Below, one piece after another: positions 26,341-40,000 of a stretch of 64,000 nucleotides of DNA. Each line of letters starts with the position of its first letter. Positions within the stretch are counted from its first letter, which is position 1. Source of the DNA: Octopus vulgaris (lineage: Eukaryota); NCBI GenBank assembly GCA_951406725.2, contig OX597841.1:10168001-10232000 (forward strand). The letters are read 5' to 3'. The notes beneath the pieces were generated by a model. That model was not told the origin of the DNA. It searched no databases and saw nothing but the letters and a program-made list of their open reading frames with translations. The translations under genes were made by a program, and so were the position numbers.

Positions 26341-26846
26341 CAGGCTTCTTTCAGTTTCTGTCTACCAAATCCACTCACAAGGCATTGGACAGCCTGAGGT
26401 CATGCAATGGGACTGAACCCACAACCCTGTGGTTGGGAAGCAGGCTTCTTACCACACAGCCATGCCTGCACCTATATATAATGTACATATAACGATCAGC
26501 ATCCTCATCATTGAAGCTCCATTCTCCCTGCTGGCATGGGTTGGATGGTTCGATGAGCTGGCATGTCAGAGGGCTGCACTAAGCTTTACTCTCGGCTTTG
26601 CGATGGTTTCTAAAGCTGGATGGCTTTCTTAATGCCAATCACCACAGAGTGGACTGGACGCTTTCTACATGGCACCAGCAGGGTCACCGAGTAACTTACA
26701 AGACATGGCCACCACAACGGAGAGCGGAGTTGTGTTGTTGGGGCTTTGTGCCAGGTGAGGAGAGTTTTGAGAGCGAAGGGGGGGACCAAAAGAGGGGTCT
26801 TGCTCCGGAGGAGATACGCGGCCACTACAGTTGGAAGAGGCACATC

Positions 26847-26903
<57 letters not shown>

Positions 26904-27576
26904 GGACAAAGGTGTGTCAGGGTGTACCCCCAAGTCACAGTGGGTGGGGGGAGTTGAATATAAAGTGGTAGAGGGGTGTGAAGAGGGTGAGAGAAAATGC
27001 AGGGGGTGGATACAGGTGAAGGGGGACAGGGGTTAGGAAGACAAGTCGTGAGGGAGGGTTCATCCAGGACAGATTGTATGCAGGGGCCCAGTAGACATAA
27101 ACAAGGCTTCAGGGTCTCAATTTTACTTAGATGAACAAGTGTGTGCGTGTGTATATACACATGTGAACATATATATATCATTATATATATATATACACAC
27201 ACACACATACATACATAATGTATATGTATTTGTGTATATATACATGTATACACACATGCACATACATGTATGGATGCAATGACAAAAGATTGAGACCTTT
27301 GCTTGAGAAGAAGACCCATGAAGCCAAGGAAAATTGTAGCCGTGGCAGATGCTGGTGTCACACAAATGGCACCCGTGCCAGTGGCATGTAAAAGCACCCA
27401 TTACACTTTCAAAGTGGTTGGCATTAGGAAGGGCATCCAGCCATGGCAATCATGCCATAACGAACGTTACATAATGGACAACGGACATTACATTAATGAT
27501 GATGGTAATGATACACACACACACATATACACTCCCATGGATATACACAAGTACATGGACACATACTTATACATGC

Positions 27577-27633
<57 letters not shown>

Positions 27634-27863
27634 AGTAAATCTAAGGATAAGCCAAATGCTTGCCCCTACATTTACTCCTCCACCTGTGCTCAGTTGAAAT
27701 CCCTTGAGCATTACAAAGTATATTCTACACGAAGAATATCTGATTCTCATCATACATATGTATGTGTGTGTGTATGGAGTTCTTGGTGCAGAATAATATA
27801 TTTGAGAAAATGAGTAGAGATGGCTTTGTGGGGGAATCATTTTTATTTTAATGGTAATGTTTA

Positions 27864-27911
27864 CAGTTACTCCAAAGAGTTTCCAGCTTTTCAATAGCCA
27901 TTTTCAAACTG
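27864..27911 (-). ncRNA. Degenerate type I hammerhead ribozyme motif
   Basis: Minus strand: cagt-TTGAAAA-tggct/agctg-GAAA-ctc/gag-TA-actg. Helices I-III pair, but the core CUGANGA carries two changes. Confidence 0.45.
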
Positions 27912-28183
27912 AAATTCTGGGGTTTAGAAGGTTGTTTATAGAGCAAAAGATTTTTTTTCTTATAAGAATATGAATAGAAAATAAAAAAAATATAAAAACC
28001 AATATAAAAAATGATATAAAAACAATAATAAAAGAAAACAAAAAGTACAACAAAAGTGAAAAAAAAGAAAGAAAAAGGTGGAAAGGAAAAGAGTAAGAGG
28101 ATGTATATGTATGTGTGTGTGTATGTATATATATATACATATATGTATGCATATAATTGCTTATATATATCTGTGCATATGTG

Positions 28184-28233
<50 letters not shown>

Positions 28234-28297
28234 GGTCCCGGGTTGATTCTGGGTTAACCACAGTAAATAAGGTACTCAATACATAGCAGAGTAAAAA

Positions 28298-28430
28298 TAA
28301 TTTATTATATAGAAGGAGCTTCTACAGGACTAGAACTGTTTCATTCAAGAGAAATCTTCAGGAAGCACTGAGCTTCCTGAAGATTTCTCTTGAATGAAAC
28401 AGTTCTAGTCCTGTAGAAGCTCCTTCTATA

Positions 28431-28440
<10 letters not shown>
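28298..28440. repeat. Perfect 69-bp inverted repeat (5-nt loop) containing hammerhead motifs on both strands
   Basis: 28298-28366 is the exact reverse complement of 28372-28440. Confidence 0.95.
28371..28421 (+). ncRNA. Type I hammerhead ribozyme motif (mirror copy on the minus strand at ~28317-28366)
   Basis: agcttc-CTGAAGA-t-ttc[tctt]gaa-t-GAAA-cag[ttctagtc]ctg-TA-gaagct. All core nucleotides present; predicted cleavage after A28415; U-U mismatch at the base of helix II. Confidence 0.65.
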
Positions 28441-28473
<33 letters not shown>

Positions 28474-29211
28474 GCATGTGTATGTGTGTATGCATATATG
28501 TATATCTATGAGTGTGTGTGCAAATGTATGCGTGTGTGGATGTCTGTATACACGTGCATGTAGAGGTGTATATGTGTGTGTGTGTGTATGTGTGTGAGTA
28601 AATAAGGACACACCATACCAACTGTGAAAGATGAATAAAATGACCTCAAATCAAAAGATTCACAAAGGTCATCTTCTGACAAGAACCCAACATCTTTGAC
28701 CACTCCTAAGAATATTCCATTGATGACCAGAGAAATTATATATATATAAATATATATTAAATATATGTGTGTGTGAGTGTGTGTGAGTGTGTGTGAGTAT
28801 ATGTATGAATATATACATACATACATATATACATAGATACATATATATATATACATACATATATATATGAATATATATATATGTGTGTGTGAGTATATGT
28901 ATGAATATATTTTGATTTTTGATTTTGATTTTTCCAGTTTCAGCTAATGAGCTGTGGCCATGCTGGGGCACCGCCATTTTATATATATATATTACATGTA
29001 TATATATGCATATATATGTATGAATAGATATATATGCATATATATATACACATGTATATATATGCAGGAATATATATGTATGTATATAAGTTGAGTATAG
29101 AAATTCGGGGTGAGTACTTGATAATTATAAGCACCTGTGTATACCGTTTGGTGGTGTAGGTGGTGGAGTAAATTGATCAAAATAAAATAAAAACATGAGG
29201 CGAAGGATTCA

Positions 29212-29289
29212 GCGGTACATATGTTTCGGGCCTTTATTAGACAGATTTATAACAATGCATAATGTATGTCTGTGGCCTTCTTCAGCCGC
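29212..29289 (-). ncRNA. Minimal type I hammerhead ribozyme motif (Penelope pLTR-type)
   Basis: Minus strand: gcgg-CTGAAGA-aggcc...ggccc-GAAA-CATATG-TA-ccgc. Intact core and palindromic helix III, as in Penelope-associated minimal hammerheads. Confidence 0.7.
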
Positions 29290-30239
29290 GCACAACAGCT
29301 TCCACAAGGACATGTGTTACATCAAAAATTCTTGGTTGGGGATGCAAATCCTCTCATTCATGTACGACATAATGCAGCAGCAGCATAGAGTTGAAGCGTC
29401 CATCTCTTTCTTCTCTCAATGTAGAATGAGGAAAATTGGATGTTGAGGTAATGTAAATAAATAAATACATATATAGAGGTAAAGATGGAGGGGCGAGAGT
29501 TCGGGACGAGGGATAAAAAATGTATAAAAAGTGTAAGTATAGAATAATATAAAAATGTAGAGGATAAAGGGTTGTAAGTAGATGTAAAGGGGGTATAAAG
29601 AAATATAAAGTAAAAATAGAAATAGAAATAAAAGTAAAAAAACCTGTATGTATGTATATATATATATACATATATATATGTATATATATATACACACACA
29701 CACACATATATATATGTATAAAAACACATATATACGAACAAAACGCCCCCCCCCCATCTCCCCCATCCAATGGACGGTGCCGAGTTGTCAAACATTTAAA
29801 CCAAATTTTCTCAAAACAACCTGTCCGACAGTCCCATAGGCCACCCCTTTGAGAAGCACTGATTTAACCTAAATTTGAGACACCAGCAAAAGAAGAAATA
29901 AAGATAGACTTTTTTTATATTCCAAAGAAAAACGATTTTATTCACCCAAATATGCAACCGAAGAGTTTAAAGTACCAGAAATGATAAGTCTGTAGACTGG
30001 GAGAACACAAACATGGAAAATCATTTATTAACAAGAAAATAATATTTTCTTCCTTGAATAAAAAGCAATCTGTGTTTTCTTTTCATTAAAAAATAATTAA
30101 GCATGCCTTTATTTCAATAAAATTTTTGGTTTTGTTAAACGAAATTAAGGCAAAAAAAAAAAAGAAAGACTTCTTCAGAAACAAAATAGTTTTTCCTTCC
30201 TGATGTACTTGTGCGTACAAATGCACGTTCACACGGCTT

Positions 30240-30416
30240 TGCCAATCCTATTCTCCCCTGGAATCGATTTTTGTAATTTTTTCAAGTCTTACACACCCCC
30301 TGATACCGTCAGTATCTACATATAAAATTTGAGTGCAATCGGATGGAGGATGCCCGAGATCCTAGAAGACACACAGACAGACAGACAGAACAGGAGAACG
30401 GGTTTTATATAAGAAA

Positions 30417-30418
<2 letters not shown>
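30240..30418 (-). mobile_element. Helitron-like non-autonomous element 5' end
   Basis: Minus strand starts TC next to (TA)n, then TATATAAAACCCGTT and a (CTGT)n tract, resembling the 5' ends of rolling-circle non-autonomous elements. Matching 3' end not located. Confidence 0.4.
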
Positions 30419-30494
<76 letters not shown>

Positions 30495-30574
30495 TTTAAA
30501 TATTTCTTTGTAGTTTGATTGTTGATGATCTATTTCTAGCATGCGGCCAACCACCTAGCTGTTGTGCCCTGTCA

Positions 30575-30620
<46 letters not shown>

Positions 30621-30740
30621 CCATCATTCTAACCATACAACATACATATATATATGTTTATATATCAGAGCATTACCATACATAAGTACCTAACACTATG
30701 AGGAACTATTACAGTCAAACTACCATAAGAAACACATACG

Positions 30741-30771
<31 letters not shown>

Positions 30772-31110
30772 TTTCCATTTGACCATAGATTCCCTATTTC
30801 TCGGTCAGTTTAAACACAAACCAGCTGCACTCTGCTACACCCTCTATAAATTCCCTATTGGGAATCACCAACTTTAAGAGAATCTTACATTGCTTATAAA
30901 CTCTACATCTGGATGGACTCATATTAAACTCTGTTGGACTTTGGGATTTTACTCAAAGGATACTGGAATATTGCACATATATACCCTGATGCCTATAAAA
31001 CGGATTTACGAATCCAATGCCCATACATATCTTACATCTATTTTCTTTCCTCCATCTCACTCGCTATTTGTATCACATCGAAACTATGACTTAATTTTTC
31101 CTCTCACACC

Positions 31111-31162
31111 GTCTCCGATGAAGGGATATTATTAATTAATATCCTACAAACAGCTGTAAGAC
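31111..31162 (+). ncRNA. Degenerate minimal hammerhead motif
   Basis: gtct-CCGATGA-a-gggatatta[ttaat]taatatcct-a-CAAA-CAGCTG-TA-agac. Long helix II and palindromic helix III; core changes CUGA>CCGA and GAAA>CAAA. Confidence 0.55.
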
Positions 31163-31604
31163 CTTCTATCTATAAATGCTCTAATATCTATACAGCCTTG
31201 GTTTTTTTATCTCATTACGCAAAAAATTCATATATTTAATCGAAGACTGTTTGATTTCCTTATTTTCCTTCTTTTTACCTGTGTGAGTTACAGGTAAGGT
31301 TATCTGTGGGGTCATATTTTGTAGCGAAGAAGAAATAACGGTCTTTTGGCTGCTATTTCTAAATTTTCGGTATGTGGTGAAGCAACTTGTTACTAAACCC
31401 TTAATTACTGTTATAATTAAATATAAAACTTCTTGTATAAGTTTTTACTGAATATGGTTCTTTTCCATACCGAAACTACTTGGTAAAATTTATTAATTAT
31501 AAATTAATAATTTTTTAAACCTATATCTATAAAATATATATATATATATGTTTAATAACGAACCATGTAATTCACACTCTGGAAAATTTATTTTTGTAAA
31601 ATGT

Positions 31605-32170
31605 TGGGAGTGGGTAAAATTTCAAAGGCTTCCACATCACCCCACCCCGTTTTGCGGACCCAAAAAGGGTTTCCTGGGATATTAGGGGGTCACAGCATTT
31701 CATTCAACAAAATAAAAAAAAAAGATTTCCAATGATTCTGGAATGGTGCAGAGGGTCCCCTTCGAACCCTATTCCTAAACCAAAATAAGGGATTTGCAGC
31801 ATATTCGGAGGTCACGGTACTTGATTCCATGCAAAAAAATGTGATTTTTTTCCCTTAGTGAAAATGGTGCTGGTGAAAAGATCACTGAGGATGGGGATGG
31901 GGTGAAATTTCCGAGGCTTCTCACCCAACTCCATTTTTCGGACCCCCAAAAAGGGTTTTGTAGCATATTAGGTCACGGGAATTCATCCAACAAAAAACAA
32001 AAATAATAATTTCCAATGATTTGGGAATGGGGTGGGAGTGCGTCCCCGTCGTGGCACCCTTTTCTTCTGAACCATAATAAGTGATTTGCAGCATATTTGG
32101 AGGTCAGGGTACTTCATTCCATGCAAAAAATTTGAGTTTTTTCTTTCTTGGTGAAAATCGTGCGGGTGTT
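31605..32170. repeat. Diverged tandem duplication, two units of ~290 bp
   Basis: Shared blocks CGGACCC..AAAAAGGGTTT, TTTCCAATGATT, GATTTGCAGCATATT.GGAGGTCA and TTCCATGCAAAAAA occur twice about 290 bp apart. Confidence 0.8.
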
Positions 32171-32383
32171 AATCTGAAAGTTTACCGAGGTACGACACCC
32201 CCCCCCACCACTGCTAACAAGATATTGTATATAAAGGGTGCAGTGTAGCAGCGATAACCTGCTGGTGGAGAATCTGCCTGGGGTTAAACTAGTAGTAACC
32301 TTCAGCAGCCACTTTGATGTGCTGACTCACTTTACTTTGTGAGATTTTACAAACTACACACACACACACACACACACTATAAC

Positions 32384-32435
<52 letters not shown>

Positions 32436-32440
32436 ATCTA

Positions 32441-32485
<45 letters not shown>

Positions 32486-33230
32486 TTATTATGTAATGAA
32501 AGAAAGGACATGACCATCATGAAATACAACAATGTCTCTTTCAACACGCAACTTCACATGAAGAATCCGGCAAAACAAATGCATAAAAGTATGCCTGTGT
32601 CTGTGTGTATCTTTTATCTTTAACGTGTTTCAGACATTAGACTGTGGCCATGCTGGAGCAACACCTTGAAGAATTTCTAGTCGAAGAATTGAACCCAGTA
32701 CATCTTTGTGTTAAGCCTTGTATTTATTCCATCGATCCCTCCATATAGCACCTTCTTTTTCACTCGCTCATCCTCCTCTCTCTCTCTCTCTCTCTTTCTA
32801 ACAAACTGAGTCACAATGCAAATATTTCCTTCAGGCATTACACAGTATAATGTGTGATTTAAAGGGATTTGACTGCTATTTCTGCAAGAGAAAATATCGA
32901 TACAACTATATTCACAGATATACAAGAAGTGACTCCCAGACCTCAAAAAGAATTATAGTTCCTCATCCACGCCAGAAATTTTAAGGGGACGGGTTAAATC
33001 GACATTTACCGAAAGTGGTCTAGTCACCAGATAGGGGTCCTGCATGGCCTCATCAGACACACATAAGAGAGTACGCTGTAATTAATTGGTAATTCCAACG
33101 AGCCTACTTTCATTGCAGATAATCCCCTCAGATATTACACAGTATGATGTGTGATTTCAGGAGATTTGACTGCTATTTCTAGAAGGAGATGTATTAGTAC
33201 AACTATATTGATATATATTATTGTTGCTAT

Positions 33231-33279
<49 letters not shown>

Positions 33280-33799
33280 CAGTGGGGAAGCAGGTAGAAT
33301 CGTTGCCATGCTGGAGGAAATGCTTAATCGCATTTTGTATAGCTTCATGTTGTGAGTTCAAGTTCTGCCTCGGTCGATTTATCCATTTCATCGTTCCAAG
33401 GTCAATAAATTAAGTACCAGTCAAATACTAAGGATAAAGTAATTGATTAGCTGCCCACAGTAATTGCAGGCGTTGTGCTAATAGTAAAAAGTGAATTAGA
33501 GAGAGAGAGAGGGGGGGTAGATAGATCTGTTATAGTATGTGTGTGTGTGTGTATAAGCCGATGAGGTGACAGAATCGTTCACACGCAGGGTCGTTGGAGT
33601 CAATTAGTCGCCTCTACTAGAATTCCAGGCCTTGTTTTCTTTAGACAAAGAATGATCACATATGTGTATGGTAGAAAGCGGAAGTCTCCATGGGTGCCCT
33701 GGGACTGAATGTCGATGTGGGTGAAGATTACAAGGAAAATTTCTGATCCCAAATTCCGAGAAGAAAAGAGAGTAACAGACAAATGGATGGATGGATGGC

Positions 33800-34888
33800 T
33801 GTGAGATTTGGCTGTTATTTCTTGCAGCAGGTCTACTGTACATTAAGCATTGATACGTTATATATTTAGATCTTGTTTTTTCTGCATCCTTCTCTCGTTT
33901 TCTGTGTCCGTCTTTGCATATATTTTTGCTAAACTCTTGCTGTTGTTTCTAGCATATGAAATGTTGCAGTTTCATGGACCTGTTGTATTGGATTTGTGTC
34001 GTGTGACAAATAGGTGTACAATTTATAAACTGCAATTAATTTCAGAAGAACAGTAGATTGGAGGGGCATTTAGCTGCTATTTCAAACAACTCTAGCTATC
34101 ATGTACACTTCAGCTTTCATCAGCTAATATATAAATATGTATGGAGTTAGAAGAGACGGTATGATGTTGTTTCAACGTAGATTTGGCTGCTATATCTAGC
34201 AGCTCTGGCATTCGTTTGCATTTTACACATGATTAATTTAATTTTCTCATTAAATTAAACTTTAATTTGCATTTAAGTATTACAGTGAAATTAATACAAC
34301 AACCAAAACTAGTTACAAACACACACTTACATATGCTAGAAACAGCAGCTATATAGAAGTATTTCATGTTTCTTTTTACACAGTTTCCTTTCCAAAAACG
34401 TGTGTCTACGTAAAGTTTGTGCTTCAGTAGAAGAGACTGAGTGAATATGTATAGGGGATGGGGGTCGGTTTTCTGAAATAAAATCTGAGACTGGTGCCCC
34501 TAAATCAGCATAAGCAACAAGAGTATGGATGTATTCGGCAGAGGAAGGAATGGAACCCACATTTAGGAGAATATCTTTGCATCGTTTAGGAGTGTGTGAG
34601 GGAAGACGACTGGGAACAAACGAATGGATTGATATCTATGTATATACATTTGTACTTATATATTATATATCTCCCTCCATCTAACTATACAACATGCATT
34701 CACATACAGGTGTGGCTGTGTGGTAAGAAGCTTGTTTCCCAACCACACACTCGGGGGTTCAGTCCCACTGTATGACCACTTGGACAAGTGTCTTCTACTA
34801 CAGCATCTGGCCAAACAAAGCCTTGTGGGTAGAATTTGGTTGGCGGAAACTAAACGAAGCCCATCGTATATTTATACCCATACATACA

Positions 34889-34943
<55 letters not shown>

Positions 34944-36740
34944 CAGAGAGAGGTGAGCTGGCAGAATTGTTAGTGCACCGGACAAAGTACTTAGCGGTGT
35001 TTCACCTGTCACTATATTTTGAGTTCAAATTTCGTACCAGTGAAACGTTGGATTCGATGTTATCAACTCCCCCCCCCGCCCGCCGAACTTTCAGGCCTCG
35101 TGCCTATAGTACAACAGATATCATTCTCTCTCTCTTTGGGAGAGGCACTGAGCAGCTACACGCACATATACACACGGCAGTAACTTCCACCTACCAAATT
35201 CAATCACAAAGCTCCGGTCGGCTCGGGGCCATAGTGGAAGACACCTACCCAAAGTGCCACGCAGTGGGACTGAACCCGAAACCATGTAGCTAGGAAGCAA
35301 GCTCCCTAACCACACAGCCATGCCCCTATATATATATGTGTGAGTGTATATATCTGTGTGTGTATATATATAATATATATATTCATGTGTGTATAGATCT
35401 GAACCCCACCCCACATAACCATCACTTGACAACCTATGTTGGTCTGTTTACAACCCTTTAAGTTAGTTTGGCAAAAGAGACTGATAGAATAAGTCCTAGG
35501 CTTACAAAGAATAAATCCTGGGGTCGATTTGTTTGACTAAAACCCTTTAAGGCAGTGCTCCAGCATGGCTGCAGTCAAATAACTGAAACAAGTAAAAGAA
35601 ACAAAGAATGTAATATATTTAGATGCAGGGTTTCCCATCCAGGGGTGCACACACCGCTTGGGGGTGCGAGCAGGGCTGGATTTATATGGGGTCAAAGTCG
35701 GCAATTGCTCTGGGCACCTTTATTCTTATATAAACTATTACTTTAAGGGGTGTGAGAACATATTAAAGGTTTTTAAGGGTGCAGGGCATAAAAAAGGTTG
35801 TGAACCTCTTCGATAGATAAACAGACAGATGTGAGATTTGGCTGCTATTTCTAGCAGTAACTCTGGCATCCATTAAGCATTGAACATTCTATATTTAAAT
35901 GTCTTTTCTTTCTGCCTCCCTCTCAGTATTTTCTGTATGCTTCTTCGCATATATTTTTGCTCAAGTCTTGCTGTTGTTTCTAGCATAGGAAACGTCTCAG
36001 TTTAATGGACCCTTTGTATTTGTCTTGTTTTGCGTGACAAATAGGTGTAGAATTTATAGACTGAAGTTAATTTCAGAACTACAGCAGATTGGAGGGACAT
36101 TTGGCTGCTATTTCAAACAAATCTAGCTATCATTTTCATTGGCTTCAATTTTTATCGGCTCATATATAAATATGGATGGAGTTACGTGAGGCAGTATGAT
36201 GCTGTTTCGACGTAGATTTGGCTGCTATTTCTAGCAGCCCTTGCTTTCATTTACTTCTTATACATCATGAATTTCGTTTTCTTTTCTAAATTAGACTTCA
36301 TTTTCCATTTAATTATTCCAAATAAATTAATACAAAACTGGAAAACCATATAAGACAAATAGATAGATAGACAGCTGTGATTCAGTGAGTTTTGACTGCT
36401 ATTTCTAGCAGCAAGTCTATAAAATAGTTACAAATGCACAATTAAATACAAGTTGAAGCTAGAAACAACAGTTAAAGGAATGTATCACATATTTTTTTAT
36501 AAAGTCTCCTTTCCAAAGCTTTGTGCCTAGGTTTAGTTTGTTGTTTGAGTAGAAGGGACGGAGGGAATATGTTTGGGGTCGATTTTCTGAAATAAAATCC
36601 TTGAGACTGGTGCCCCAGAATTGACAGAAACAACAAGACAACGAGTAAAATCGGCAGAGGAAGGAATGGAACCAACATGTTGGAGTATACCTTGGTGTCG
36701 TTTAGGAATGTGTGTGGGAAGACAATCGGGAAGAAACGAG
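33800..36740. repeat. Old direct duplication: ~33800-34625 vs ~35830-36740
   Basis: Collinear shared blocks such as GCATATATTTTTGCT, TCTTGCTGTTGTTTCTAGCATA, GTGACAAATAGGTGTA, TTTTCTGAAATAAAATC, GAGACTGGTGCCCC and CGGCAGAGGAAGGAATGGAACC. Confidence 0.85.
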
Positions 36741-36970
36741 TCGACACAGGTACCAGTAATGCAAACTGCCATCGGCCAGGCTCTGTCATAAGAAGTTTGC
36801 TTCCCAACCACATGTTTCCAGGTTTCTAGGGTCGCATCTACTGGCATGAAATAGATGCGGTCCTCAGCTTTTCATTTGAGTAATGCGCAATAAAACACAC
36901 ACACACACACACATGAATGTATAACATCGATATCAGGGGAAAAACAAGTTTATATTCTCTATGTATAGTG

Positions 36971-37001
<31 letters not shown>

Positions 37002-37989
37002 AAGCAGTAGCAGTATTAGTAGTTGGAGTAGTATTAGTAGTTGCAGCAGAAGCTGCGGTCCAAACCCCACCATCATCGCCACTTTCTCACTTTGACCCAA
37101 AGAGTATTTGTATGCATGTACATACACACACAAACACATACGCATACATACATACGTACACACATACATGTATACATACATAAATACAGACACACAAACA
37201 GGCATGCATGCATGCACAGACACAGAGATATAAATACACACAATCAGGGATACAGATAAATAGACGCAGAAAGAACGACACACGGACAGAAAGATGGAAC
37301 GAAATTTTGCTCCGAAAGAGAAAAGAAAATTTTGTAAACGCGAAGAGTTTTCAGTCTCAAGGGAAATCACTCTTAACGTAAACTGTTACATTTGGAGAAT
37401 TCTCTCCCTTTGATTGTAATCTTACCTGGAAGCGAAAAATGCTAAGATTTTCGAAACGGAAAATGGATTGGAGAAGAAATGATGGAGAGACGAACGAAAT
37501 AACAACTGTATACAATATATACATACAGCAGGCGTTTATGTATGTATACATCTAGCCATCCAGCCAACCATCCATGCAGCCAGCCTGCCATTCATCCCTC
37601 CATGGAAGTGCTTGTTCTCTATTTCTAGCATGATCGCAGAGCACCTCTTTCTCTCTCTGTCCTCTGACAGGAAGAACATTGTTAGATAGATTGATATATA
37701 TCTTAATATATAAAAGATAGATTCCGTCTGTTTGTCCCACAAAACATAATTGAAACACCATTTCATTTATAAGCGTTGGTGTTTTGTCCACTTTCACGCT
37801 TTAATGATGATGATGATGATGATGATGATGATGGTGTGACCAGAGCCAAAGTGCCAAATTGTCAAAGAATTGACACCTTTCAATTCCCCCCCGCCCTCTC
37901 TCTCTCTCTTTGTTTATCGTTCTGTCTTTGTATTTGACCAGAAATTGTCCTGTGGCAAGAATGGTCAGAGTTCAAGACAAGGACAACCA

Positions 37990-38410
37990 CCACACCACAT
38001 ATATGGCAGGAGACCATCTGCCCCTGTGGGACGAAGTTAAAATAATAGACAGAGAACACCACTGGAAAATACGAAAACTAAAAAAGGAGCCCATATGCAA
38101 GGACACAACAACCTCCTAAGCAGACCGAGTGCAGATATGAGTAGCATATAGGAACCGGTATTAAGGAAGGATAGGAAAATATTAGATTTATAAGCCCTGA
38201 AATTCACTCTCTAATTGCCCACGGGTGGTTAAGAGTGCAGGCTACTAACCTCAAGGTTCAGAGGTCGATTCTGGGCAGTGACATGAATAACAACAATAAT
38301 AATAATAACAATATTATTATAACAAAATACATCAGAAATGAGAACCCAATTTGAAATTTCCTCAAGACACCTGATCAAGGGTGGAGAGTATATCGGCCGA
38401 AACATGACAC
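37990..38410 (+). mobile_element. Penelope-like 3' fragment (GIY-YIG C-terminus + pseudo-LTR with decayed hammerhead half)
   Basis: DHLPLWDEVKIIDREHHWKIRKLK resembles Penelope endonuclease C-termini; CTGATCAAGG...GGCCGAAAC at 38371-38403 is a mutated CUGAUGA...GAAA core. Confidence 0.6.
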
Positions 38411-38628
38411 ACCAACAAAAAGACAAACACACAAAGCCTTGCCCTGCATTCCTGTAAAATAGCGTCGGAATTTCAGGGAAAACCTTGACCTCATTCAGCA
38501 TTTGTAAATTCATTTCACTATTACTTACTGATATGTTTTATATATGTATATATATATATGTGTGTGTATATATATATATATAAAGGTTCTTTTCTTGATC
38601 TTAACTCTCTGAGGAAAATATTTTCTCT

Positions 38629-38669
<41 letters not shown>

Positions 38670-38855
38670 AGAGATTCTATTTCTCTGTTAGTTCCAAAAA
38701 CTGAAAATAAAACCAGGCACCATCACTATGATTTTCTTTCTTCTCTATCTGTCTATTTCCCTCTTTCTTTCTCCCTCTCTGTCTCTCTTCCTTTGTCTTC
38801 TTTCTCTCTGTCTTTCTTTTTTTCTTTCTTTCTCTCTCTTTCCCTCACTAATACA

Positions 38856-38896
<41 letters not shown>

Positions 38897-39961
38897 AAAC
38901 AACTGCTGGCATACATTCAAGTCTTTTAAAAAATGTCTGAAATATTGATGGTAAATATTTACAAGAAATAGTTTCAGCTGTTCCTGCCTTTGTCTGTTGA
39001 GAAAATGGAAAGCATTCGATGGAACTGAAATTCATGCCCCTGTAGGTGATGAGGAATTTAGCAGGAGGACGAAGATCTGTGCAAAAAATGGAGGGAGTGA
39101 GAGAGAAGAAGAGAGGGTGAGAATGTGAGAAGCAAAAGCAGGAAGGAAAGAAACAAAGCAAGAAATCAGCGAGGATGGGTACTTTTCAAACATCTCAGCA
39201 TTTACATCACAAATACAAATGTCTGGATACATACTTGCATGCATTTAGACACATACGTACGCACAGGCATTCGTGCATACGTACGCATACATACATATAT
39301 GCATGCATATATACATACATTCATGTATACACACATACAATGCTTACGTACATACATGCATACATACACATACATACATATTATAATGAAGCAAACAAAA
39401 AAAAGGAACATGTTTTGTTGTAGAAATCAACAGTCTTATGGTCAGCAAAGTGGCTGGAAAAATAGAAGGGAATGCGAAAGTCTATCAACGATTGATAAGG
39501 TGTTTGCAAATCCCTTAGCCAGGATAAATTTGCCCCTTGTGTTATTTGAGTAGTAGCATATGTACCAACCAGTTAAGAGTGAAATATGGCTGAACTGGGG
39601 GTATTGGGGGACGAAGGAAATGCTTTAATTCTAGCACAATATCCAGAACGATGAAATCTGTAAGATATTCCTAAGATTTAAAAAATGATGACCAAAACAA
39701 GACGATTTCCTCACCACCTCAAGCAGAATGCCGACCAAAATTTATTCTAAATGAATAAGACAACATACATATTTTCATAGATGTGTGCATACATAAGTAC
39801 ATATTATACATATAGATATATATCTGTATGTACATAGATATACGTGAACACTTGTCAATGTGGTGTGCGAACAGACGGAGAGAGATAGAGGAAAAGAGTG
39901 ATTGCGGTTGAATGAGTGCGACAGAGAGAAAAGAAGTGATAGAGAGATACTGAGCGTGTGA

Positions 39962-40000
<39 letters not shown>

